Source: an uncultured Candidatus Sumerlaeota bacterium
GTDB taxonomy: Bacteria; CAYMEV01
Length of the DNA stretch: 40,549 nucleotides
Assembly (NCBI GenBank): GCA_964389675.1
Contig: CAYMEV010000026.1
Coordinates: forward strand, 1 to 40,549
Direction of reading: 5' to 3'
Positions 19,590 to 27,895 of the stretch are shown piece after piece. Under the pieces are notes generated by a model. It did no database searches, was not told where the DNA came from, and worked only from the letters and a program-made list of their open reading frames with translations. Both the position numbers and the translations under genes were made by a program. How positions within the stretch are numbered: the stretch's first letter is position 1; each line of letters starts with the position of its first letter.

Positions 19590-22500
19590 ATGAGGACTCT
19601 TTACGATGTCTGCAAGCCCAGAGAAAGTGTATTAAGCGGAAGGCAGAAGGACGATGTCCTGAACCTTTCTGACCTTCTTGAAGGAAGGGTAGACCCTGAC
19701 CTGTTTTTTGAGGAGAACTACAGGACAGAAGGTATGAGGACGCTTATACAGACTGCATTCAACAGGTTTATAAAAGAAGACCCCAACGGGGTTATTAAAC
19801 TGACACAGACCATGGGAGGAGGAAAGACCCATAACATGATAGCCCTTGGCCTGCTTGCTTTAAATCCTGTCTACCGTGATTCTATCCTTGATAATAGTCC
19901 AGACTACAGGAATCTCGGCAGAGTAAGGGTGGTGGCATTCTCAGGAAGGGAGAGCGATGCTCCTCTTGGTATCTGGGGAGCAATAGCCAAGCAGCTCGGA
20001 AAAAAGGACTACCTAAAGGACTATTATTCGCCCCTTCAGGCCCCTGGAGAAACAGCATGGATAAATCTTCTGCAGGGAGACCCCCTTTTGATCCTCCTGG
20101 ATGAGCTTCCGCCTTATCTTGAGTATGCGAAGGCAAAACCAATAGGAAATTCAGACCTTTCGGTTGTTACGACAACTGCGCTTTCAAACCTCTTTACTGC
20201 AGCCGGTAAGGCGCAACTTGCAAATGTATGTGTAGTAGTATCAGATCTGAGAGCAACATATGAAGGCGGGTCAAGACAGCTCGGGACAGCACTGAAATCC
20301 CTCGAAAATGAGCTGAGCAGGAGCGCGCTTAACATAGAGCCTGTGGGAAGCTCGTCAGATGATGTCTATCAGATACTGAAAAAAAGACTATTTGATTCAC
20401 TGCCAAAAAAAGATGATATAAATGATATTGCCATAGGATATAAAGATTCAGTATTAACGGCAAAACAGATGGGCTATACATATATTACTCCTGAAAGCAT
20501 ATATAACGGCATAAAGGAATCATATCCTTTCCATCCTTCTATAAGAGATCTTTATGCAAGATTCAAAGAGAACCAGGGATTTCAGCAGACAAGGGGCCTA
20601 ATAAGGCTTATGAGACAGGTCGTTGCACAAATATACTCAGGTAATGCCCCCCTTTCAAAAAAGAAATATCTGATAAATGTATTTGATTTTGATCTAAATG
20701 ATAACAATATGCATACAACCATAACGCAGATAAAGAACTCTCTTTCAAACGCAATATCTCATGATATTGCATCCCAGGGCAGATCTGTAGCAGAAGAAAT
20801 AGACACGACATACAAACAGACCCTGGTACAGGACATTGCCAAGCTGATACTAGTATCATCACTTGCAGATGTCCCACATGCCCTGCTGGGCCTTACATTG
20901 AGTGATATTATAGGAAACCTGTGTGAACCAGGCAGGGACATCACAAATGTAAAAGCATCCCTTGAGGAATTTGTACAGAAGGCATGGTATATAAAGCAGG
21001 ACAAGGAAGGCAAGATATATTTCCAGAATATAAAGAACATGAATGCCGAGCTTCAGTCTCTTGTGGAGTCCTATGACAATGAATCCGTAAAGAACACTAC
21101 GCTTAAGATATTCCTCTCTGATATATTCATGCCAAAAGTAAAGGACTGCTATCAGGAACTTCTTGTATTCCCGGCAATTGACGAAATACGGCTGAGTCCC
21201 TCTGCTGTGACTCTTATTCTATTTGAGCCCTGGACAGGAACAGGCCTGCATCCAGACCTTAGAAGCCTGTATGATAATTGCGCCTATAAGAACAGGGTAA
21301 TGTTCCTGTCAGGAAAGAAGGATACCATGAATCATCTCTATGCATCCGCAAAGGACCTCAAGGCCATTGACAGGATTATAGCTAATATGAGAGAGGAGAA
21401 CATAGCTGAGAGCGACTCACAGTATCAGCTTGCACAGGACCTCAGGATAAAGAAAAACACCGCAATGCTCTCCTCAGCAAGAGAGACTTTTACGACCTTG
21501 TATTATCCCAATAAGAATGATATCTCAGAAGCAGACTTCATAATGGAATTTGTTGGCAACCGCTATGATGGAGAAGACCAGATAAGAAAGCTGCTTCTGG
21601 AAAAACACAAGCTTATTGTAACAGCAGCAGATGATACATTAAGGAAAAAATGCGAAGAACGCCTGTTTACAAGAAAGCAGATGACATGGAAGGATATAAC
21701 GGATAGGGCAGCCACAAATACCGCATGGCAGTGGCATCATCCCGATACCCTCTTTCACCTGCGCCAGTTTGCCATCAGGAACGGCCACTGGAAAGAGGAA
21801 GGGCAATATATTGAGAAAGGCCCTTTTGAAAAAGAAAAGACAGATGTCCTTATTACTGAGAGCAATACTCTTACCGATAAAACCATACTGCAGATAAGGC
21901 CCATATACGGTGATAAGATATTCTATGAAATAGGTGCAAAAGCCACACCCGGATCAGCCCCGGTGCCTAACTTAAACAACTTCGAAACAACGGAAGTAAA
22001 GCTTTCGTTTCTCTGTGTTGATTCAAAGGGCATCCATCCGACAGGAGAGCCAAAGGAATGGAAGAAACAGATAATAATCAAGCATAAATTCAGGGACAAA
22101 CCTGGCGGAAAAAGATACCTCGAGCTTGAATCACACCCGAAGGTAAGCCTCAAGTACACTACAGACGGATCAAACCCGAAGATAAGCGGAGGCCTGTATT
22201 CCGATGAGTTCCTTGTCCCTGATGGTTCATCCGTTATTCTGGTTGCTGCAGAATATGACGGCGAGTATCTTGCCCAGGAGGAGATAAAAAACAGCAGGGA
22301 TGAAGCAGAGAAACTTATCATTAATCCTGATAAGCCTCTTACCCTAAGAAAGGTATTCAGGATTACCGATACCCCTGCCACCTTTGAAAACATAAAAAAC
22401 CTGAAAGAATACGCTCAGAGCGTCTCAGACATAAACATAGTCATTCATTTCACGAATGAACAGAACAAGAAAACCTTCGTGGAGCTAAATCTGGGAGACG

Positions 22501-22694
22501 GCATCATTACCACTGGCCATGGAATCGAAAAAGCTATAGACAATATAAGGGATGTATTTATCCGCACAGAGCATAATATTGTGGAGCTGGAGTACAGGGT
22601 TGTAGCCTTTGAGAAAGCCCAGAACTTCTATGACTGGCTCAATTCAAACAATATGAGCCTTTCAGATATAAATCCCGGGGAGATAGAGCAGTAA
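19590..22694 (+). CDS. DUF499 family ATPase (BrxC/PglY-related), anti-phage associated
   Basis: 1034 aa. Motifs CKPRESV, FFEENYRTEGM, Walker A QTMGGGKTH, Walker B LILLDELP, SYPFHP and FQQTRGLIRLM. C-terminal Fn3-associated YTTDGSNP. Confidence 0.9.
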   Translation: MRTLYDVCKPRESVLSGRQKDDVLNLSDLLEGRVDPDLFFEENYRTEGMRTLIQTAFNRFIKEDPNGVIKLTQTMGGGKTHNMIALGLLALNPVYRDSILDNSPDYRNLGRVRVVAFSGRESDAPLGIWGAIAKQLGKKDYLKDYYSPLQAPGETAWINLLQGDPLLILLDELPPYLEYAKAKPIGNSDLSVVTTTALSNLFTAAGKAQLANVCVVVSDLRATYEGGSRQLGTALKSLENELSRSALNIEPVGSSSDDVYQILKKRLFDSLPKKDDINDIAIGYKDSVLTAKQMGYTYITPESIYNGIKESYPFHPSIRDLYARFKENQGFQQTRGLIRLMRQVVAQIYSGNAPLSKKKYLINVFDFDLNDNNMHTTITQIKNSLSNAISHDIASQGRSVAEEIDTTYKQTLVQDIAKLILVSSLADVPHALLGLTLSDIIGNLCEPGRDITNVKASLEEFVQKAWYIKQDKEGKIYFQNIKNMNAELQSLVESYDNESVKNTTLKIFLSDIFMPKVKDCYQELLVFPAIDEIRLSPSAVTLILFEPWTGTGLHPDLRSLYDNCAYKNRVMFLSGKKDTMNHLYASAKDLKAIDRIIANMREENIAESDSQYQLAQDLRIKKNTAMLSSARETFTTLYYPNKNDISEADFIMEFVGNRYDGEDQIRKLLLEKHKLIVTAADDTLRKKCEERLFTRKQMTWKDITDRAATNTAWQWHHPDTLFHLRQFAIRNGHWKEEGQYIEKGPFEKEKTDVLITESNTLTDKTILQIRPIYGDKIFYEIGAKATPGSAPVPNLNNFETTEVKLSFLCVDSKGIHPTGEPKEWKKQIIIKHKFRDKPGGKRYLELESHPKVSLKYTTDGSNPKISGGLYSDEFLVPDGSSVILVAAEYDGEYLAQEEIKNSRDEAEKLIINPDKPLTLRKVFRITDTPATFENIKNLKEYAQSVSDINIVIHFTNEQNKKTFVELNLGDGIITTGHGIEKAIDNIRDVFIRTEHNIVELEYRVVAFEKAQNFYDWLNSNNMSLSDINPGEIEQ

Positions 22695-23245
22695 TGGCGG
22701 AAAAAGCCACTGGCTTCGGTTTTATCCCTTCCGAGGGTACCCATCATTTTCTGGTTGATATCCCTCCCGCAAAGGAAGGCTATGTAATAGTATATGAGCG
22801 CTTTGAATACCAGGAGGGCAAACAGGACCTGTCATCAGCCATCCCCAAGGCGAGGATATCCAGGCATAAATGGCTCATGATATCAGAAACACTCGAAAAT
22901 GATTTCACCAGCCGGCTTAAGAAAAAAAAAGTAAGGCACATCAGAAAGCCCCGTTTCATTAACGGCCATAACCCTGTTGATTTCCTGCTCGGAAAGGAGA
23001 TGCTCGTCCTCATCTGGTCAATAGAGGACTGCGACCCTTCCGTAATTCCCAAGGCCATACGCAACTGGCTGGGTCTTGCCCCCGAGGAGCGCTGGTGGCT
23101 CTATACCATGACCAATGCCGCCACTGGCAATATTGACGACAGACAGGGATGGAGGAAGGCCCTACGCTATGCCCTGACAGAGAACCCAATCCTCGAGACA
23201 AGGCAGAGAAGCCTGATAGAGCCCCTCATGAACCGAGAAGACTAA
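22694..23245 (+). CDS. DUF3780 family protein
   Basis: GFGFIPSEGTHHFLVDIP, LLGKEMLVLIWSIED, NWLGLAPEERWWLYTMTNA and GWRKALRYAL. TAATG coupling with the DUF499 gene. Confidence 0.9.
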   Translation: MAEKATGFGFIPSEGTHHFLVDIPPAKEGYVIVYERFEYQEGKQDLSSAIPKARISRHKWLMISETLENDFTSRLKKKKVRHIRKPRFINGHNPVDFLLGKEMLVLIWSIEDCDPSVIPKAIRNWLGLAPEERWWLYTMTNAATGNIDDRQGWRKALRYALTENPILETRQRSLIEPLMNRED

Positions 23246-23256
23246 AGGAGCATACA

Positions 23257-26142
23257 ATGAAAAGCTTTATAGAAGAACAGTTCCCTGTATCCAAAATATC
23301 CAAGGAAAGCTACAAGGAGAGGAAGGCAGGAGCAGGCCAGACCCTGACTGGCCTGGGCAAATGGTGGGGCAGGAAGCCCCTCATACTGGTCCGCTCAGCA
23401 CTCCTCGGCCTTCTGATGCCCGTATCTCCTGATAAAAAGAAGGATCTGGATATATTCCTTAAGATACTTACAATGGACAAAAAGGGCCTCTATAATAGAA
23501 TGGAAAAAACCCCTGCACCCTCCGAGATATTTGAATACCTTACAAATAATGAGAGGGTCTTGTATTTTGAGTCCTCCGATAACGGCCTAACCCCCAAATA
23601 CAGAAAAGACATCTCAGCAGCAGAAAAAAAGACTGCAATAGACAGGGCATGGAACAGAATGAGCTATGACCAGAAGCTGAGATACTGCAGGAGGCCCGAG
23701 CAATATACCGATACAGACAGTGCCAACTGGCAGGAGATAAACAGGCACCTTGGCACAGATGCATCTACCCTACCTGAGTTAATCAAACAGCTCGGCATAA
23801 AAAGGTTCGGCCAGCGCTCCAAAGTGGGGGACTGCTTCTGCGGAGGGGGATCTGTCCCCTTTGAGGCAGCCCGCATGGGATGCGATGTATTTGCATCGGA
23901 CCTGAATCCCATAGCAGGCCTTCTCACATGGTCAGCCCTGAATATACTGGGAGCCAGTGATGAAGAGATACAGAAGCTCGAGGAATTCAGGCAGAAGGTC
24001 TATGACGAGGCTGACAGGCAGGTACTGGAATGGGGCATAGAGACAAATGAGCATGGTGACAGGGCTGACAGCTATATATACTGCGTAGAGGCCACCTGCC
24101 CTGAGTGCGGGTATATTATACCCCTTGCCCCATCATGGATAATAGGAAAAGGAACAAAGACAATAGCAATATTAAAAGAGGCAGACGGGAGATATGACAT
24201 AGAGATAAAGAGCAATGCAGGCCCGCAGGAGATAAAGCTTGCAGAATCGCAAGCAACAGTAAAGGATAATGCTGTCCACTGCCCCCACTGCAACCTGTCG
24301 ACCCCCATATCATCCCTGAGAAAGGACAGGACGAACCCTGACGGGTCCACGGACAATGACCTGCGCAAATGGGAGAAATCCGACTTCATGCCCAGAGAAG
24401 GCGACATATACAGGGAGAGGCTTTATTGTATCAGGTATCAAAGAGAGGTAAAGGGCTCAAATATAAAAATGGTAAAAGAGAGATACTATACGGCACCCAC
24501 ACCGCAGGACCTTCAAAGGGAGGAAAAGGTAATAGAGCTTCTCTCAGAGAGATTCAAGGAATGGCAGGATAATGGGTATATACCGTCCACAGAGATAGAA
24601 CCAGGAGATAAGACTGATGAACCTATCAGGACAAGGGGCTGGACACACTGGCATCATCTTTTCAATCCGCGGCAGCTGTTGGTGCATGGGCTGATATTAA
24701 AGAAGATCTCTCTATATGCATGTTATCCTAGAGAATTCGTAATTTCATTATTGGGCATAAATAGAGCTATCTTAAGGGATTCAAAGCTATCAATGTGGGA
24801 TAATTCACGTGATGGAGTTGTGAGCATTTTTTACAATCAGGCTTTTAATACCATGTATAACCATGGTAGTAAATCTATTGTTTTGCTAAATTTTGATCTA
24901 ATTTATAATTTATATAAGATCAATTCACAATCTAGCATACTACCAGTAGATGCTAGAGAACTGAAGGAGCCCTGCCATATCTGGATAACTGACCCGCCCT
25001 ATGCAGATGCAGTCAATTACCATGAACTTTCAGAATTCTTCCTTGCATGGGACAGGGTAATGCTAGAAAAAGCCTTTCCAGAATGGTATGCTGACAGCAA
25101 GAGAGTGCTTGCTGTAAGGGGAAAGGATGATACATTCAACAGCTCCATGATAGATATATATAAGAATCTTGCAGATAATATGCCTGATGACGGTATGCAG
25201 ATTATCATGTTTACCCATCAGGATGTGAATGTATGGGCTGATCTGACCCTGATAATCTGGTCTGCGGGGCTGCAGGTAACCGCTGCATGGAATATAGCCA
25301 CAGAGACGGAGTCAGCTGGATTGAAGGAGGGCAATTATGTAAAGGGGACTGTCCTTCTGGTATTAAGGAAGCAAACTTCAGATGAGACAGCATTTATTGA
25401 TGATATCTATCCAGACATTGAGGAAGAGGTCAAAAAGCAGATAAATAGCATGAAAGACCTTGACAGCCTGGAGGAGCCGAACTTCTCTGATGCGGATTAT
25501 ATACTTGCCGCATATGCGGCAAGCCTGAAAGTCCTTACATCATACAGGAAGATCGAGGATATTAATGTGGGGTATGAGCTTTCCAAGGACAGGAAAAAAG
25601 GCGATAAATCGCCTGTTGCAAAGCTTATCGAATCTGCAAAGAAGATAGCCTATGACCAGCTGATCCCGAAGGGTTTTGACAGCTTTATATGGAAGACCCT
25701 GATGCCTGAAGAGCGGTTCTATATAAAGGGGCTTGAGATGGAAAGCTATAATGTATATAAGATGTCAGCATATCAGGAGCTTGCAAGGGGCTTTGGCGTG
25801 GCAGACTATAAAAGCTTCATGGACAACACCAGGGCAAATACGGCAAGGCTGAAGACAGCAGGGGAATGGGCAAACAGGGGAATAAAGGCAGACGGCTTCG
25901 GAAACAGCCTCCTTCGGAATGTCCTGATGGCGCTTTATCTGGGGCATAAGCAGGATAATGTGTCTTCAGGCAGGAACTGGCTCAGGAATGAGGTGGAGGA
26001 CTACTGGTCATCACGGGATAAGATAAGGGAAATGCTTGAGTTTATTTCAGGCTTTATGAACATAGGCAATATGCAGGAGTGGCACAGGGATGCGGAGACT
26101 GCATCCATCCTGCTGGAGCTGGTAAGGAATGATACGGTGTGA
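23257..26142 (+). CDS. DUF1156 family amino-DNA methyltransferase (N6A/N4C type) with Zn ribbons
   Basis: Start MKSFIEEQFPV at 23257 after AAGGAG (the track's longer start overlaps DUF3780). Motifs LGKWWGRKPL, SAM-binding DCFCGGGSVPFEA, CPEC and CPHC, and catalytic TDPPY. Confidence 0.9.
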   Translation: MKSFIEEQFPVSKISKESYKERKAGAGQTLTGLGKWWGRKPLILVRSALLGLLMPVSPDKKKDLDIFLKILTMDKKGLYNRMEKTPAPSEIFEYLTNNERVLYFESSDNGLTPKYRKDISAAEKKTAIDRAWNRMSYDQKLRYCRRPEQYTDTDSANWQEINRHLGTDASTLPELIKQLGIKRFGQRSKVGDCFCGGGSVPFEAARMGCDVFASDLNPIAGLLTWSALNILGASDEEIQKLEEFRQKVYDEADRQVLEWGIETNEHGDRADSYIYCVEATCPECGYIIPLAPSWIIGKGTKTIAILKEADGRYDIEIKSNAGPQEIKLAESQATVKDNAVHCPHCNLSTPISSLRKDRTNPDGSTDNDLRKWEKSDFMPREGDIYRERLYCIRYQREVKGSNIKMVKERYYTAPTPQDLQREEKVIELLSERFKEWQDNGYIPSTEIEPGDKTDEPIRTRGWTHWHHLFNPRQLLVHGLILKKISLYACYPREFVISLLGINRAILRDSKLSMWDNSRDGVVSIFYNQAFNTMYNHGSKSIVLLNFDLIYNLYKINSQSSILPVDARELKEPCHIWITDPPYADAVNYHELSEFFLAWDRVMLEKAFPEWYADSKRVLAVRGKDDTFNSSMIDIYKNLADNMPDDGMQIIMFTHQDVNVWADLTLIIWSAGLQVTAAWNIATETESAGLKEGNYVKGTVLLVLRKQTSDETAFIDDIYPDIEEEVKKQINSMKDLDSLEEPNFSDADYILAAYAASLKVLTSYRKIEDINVGYELSKDRKKGDKSPVAKLIESAKKIAYDQLIPKGFDSFIWKTLMPEERFYIKGLEMESYNVYKMSAYQELARGFGVADYKSFMDNTRANTARLKTAGEWANRGIKADGFGNSLLRNVLMALYLGHKQDNVSSGRNWLRNEVEDYWSSRDKIREMLEFISGFMNIGNMQEWHRDAETASILLELVRNDTV

Positions 26143-26203
26143 TGCGCAGGACTGGAAGAATTATTGAGAATTCTGCACTCTATATAGATTATAGGGGGTC
26201 AGA

Positions 26204-26878
26204 ATGAATACGAAGATTACACAGGCAGTTGATGATGCTGTTGATGACATCTGCAGGCTATTTAAGAAATCGCCAACATTATTCTTTACTGAGAATGACC
26301 TTGTGTGCTTTTTTAATGTCATGTTATCCAGAAGATTAGAAGGTATGGCTGTACACGATATTGATGGTAAAAAGCATTCACTGGTACACATGGAATATCC
26401 CACACCATTCAGGTGCGATATGAGCGGTGGAAATTTTAGCATAAAGCAGGATAAAGACAAGACGCAAAATAATAGATTTTATAAAAGGGGACATTATGAC
26501 ATTGCTATTTTAAATCCTGATTTTATAAGCAATAACCATTATAATATAATCAAAGCTCAACATTTTTCAAGCTATCAAAGCAAGGTATTAAATAAAAGTA
26601 TAAATAGCCCTGTTATCCTGTATGCATTGGAGTTCATGTACAGCAGGGATCCAATAAACTCTGATGCTGGAGCTGACAGGTTCTTAAAAGTGGTCCTACA
26701 GGATTATGACAAATTATTAGCATGCAGATGCCGTTCCGGCATATGCTCCAGTTTAAAGGGTTTTATATCTCATGTTAAGATGCTGGTATTTGTCAAGGGA
26801 AGCTCACAACATATAGAAAGTAGGCTTATAAGCGGATTATCTCAATATACCGATATAGTTCTTTGTTTTGGTAAATAA
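26204..26878 (+). CDS. hypothetical protein, possible PD-(D/E)xK nuclease fold
   Basis: FFTENDL...VHMEYP...RGHYDIAIL...ALEFMY...QDYDKL follows the restriction-endonuclease-like E..D..ExK layout, but with Met at the Lys position. Confidence 0.55.
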   Translation: MNTKITQAVDDAVDDICRLFKKSPTLFFTENDLVCFFNVMLSRRLEGMAVHDIDGKKHSLVHMEYPTPFRCDMSGGNFSIKQDKDKTQNNRFYKRGHYDIAILNPDFISNNHYNIIKAQHFSSYQSKVLNKSINSPVILYALEFMYSRDPINSDAGADRFLKVVLQDYDKLLACRCRSGICSSLKGFISHVKMLVFVKGSSQHIESRLISGLSQYTDIVLCFGK

Positions 26879-27030
26879 TCTTTATCTGAAGGATAAATTG
26901 CTTAACATGTTACAGCAAATATCCATATAACGATAAAATAATAGTGATATAAATTCTCACTGTTGTATATCTGGTCATTTATAGATATTGATCTAATCAA
27001 TTACAATTTGCCTGAAGGATAATATACAAT

Positions 27031-27792
27031 ATGAAAACTATTATAAGAAGCACCGTAGCGGTCTGCGATATCCTTGGATTCAAAAGGCTGGTTATGACCA
27101 GACCTTTGGACCAGCTTCTTGAGCGACAACTTTCATTTTTCAGGAGATTGCTCTCTTATTCGATAAAACATGAAAATGTTCCGGATCTTCCTCCTAATCT
27201 CATAGATCTGAGAGCCCAGAATAGGGTAGGTTTTGCGATGTTTTCCGATACCATACTTATATATTCAAAGGATGATGATGATATTTCCTGCAGGAATGTC
27301 ATTGAAACTGTAGCATGGATTATTTTGACAAATATGTCCACTGAGCTTAAGATTCGTGCAGGAATTGCATATGGTGAATTCTTTGCTGATCCTGAAAATG
27401 AGCTATACTATGGTCCCGCGCTAGTGGAGGCCTATGAGCTCGAGAAGGCTCAGGAATGGGCTGGAGGCTCTCTTACAATTGGGGCTGCAAAGCGCATTCC
27501 TCCTATAACAAGTACAGGCGAAAGATTCCAATGGTACATATGTAATTATCCTGTACCGCTAAAGCCGGATTCTGGTATTATGCCTAGCGGTATAGCAGTT
27601 GACTGGACGCAATATATACATAATTCAATGCCCTTTGTATGGTCAGAAAAAAACAGGGAACCTACAGAAGAAGATAAAAGCAATCACCCATCAGAATACA
27701 ACAAATTTAAAAATACCAAAAAGTTCCATGAAGATGTCTGTGTTCAATGTTTTCCAGAAAACAGGGGAAAGTATCCTCTGAAGGTTATCTAA
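27031..27792 (+). CDS. stand-alone class III adenylate/guanylate-cyclase-like protein
   Basis: VAVCDILGFK (metal Asp 1), FSDTILIY (Asp 2), LKIRAGIAYGE and YYGPALVEAYELEK. No TM or sensor domain. Confidence 0.7.
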   Translation: MKTIIRSTVAVCDILGFKRLVMTRPLDQLLERQLSFFRRLLSYSIKHENVPDLPPNLIDLRAQNRVGFAMFSDTILIYSKDDDDISCRNVIETVAWIILTNMSTELKIRAGIAYGEFFADPENELYYGPALVEAYELEKAQEWAGGSLTIGAAKRIPPITSTGERFQWYICNYPVPLKPDSGIMPSGIAVDWTQYIHNSMPFVWSEKNREPTEEDKSNHPSEYNKFKNTKKFHEDVCVQCFPENRGKYPLKVI

Positions 27793-27895
27793 TTTTATTG
27801 CCCATTCATTGTTAATACTCATATTATAATGGAATATTTAAGTAATTTAGTATATAATCAAATAAATACTGCAATAAAGAGGCGGATACTTTGTT

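Noticed and set aside
23149-23256. N-terminal extension of the methylase given in the ORF track
   Set aside because: It overlaps DUF3780 out of frame; the RBS and family-like start are at 23257.
26204-27792. Canonical Pycsar or CBASS system
   Set aside because: No cNMP-binding TM/TIR effector, CD-NTase or SAVED domain is recognisable.
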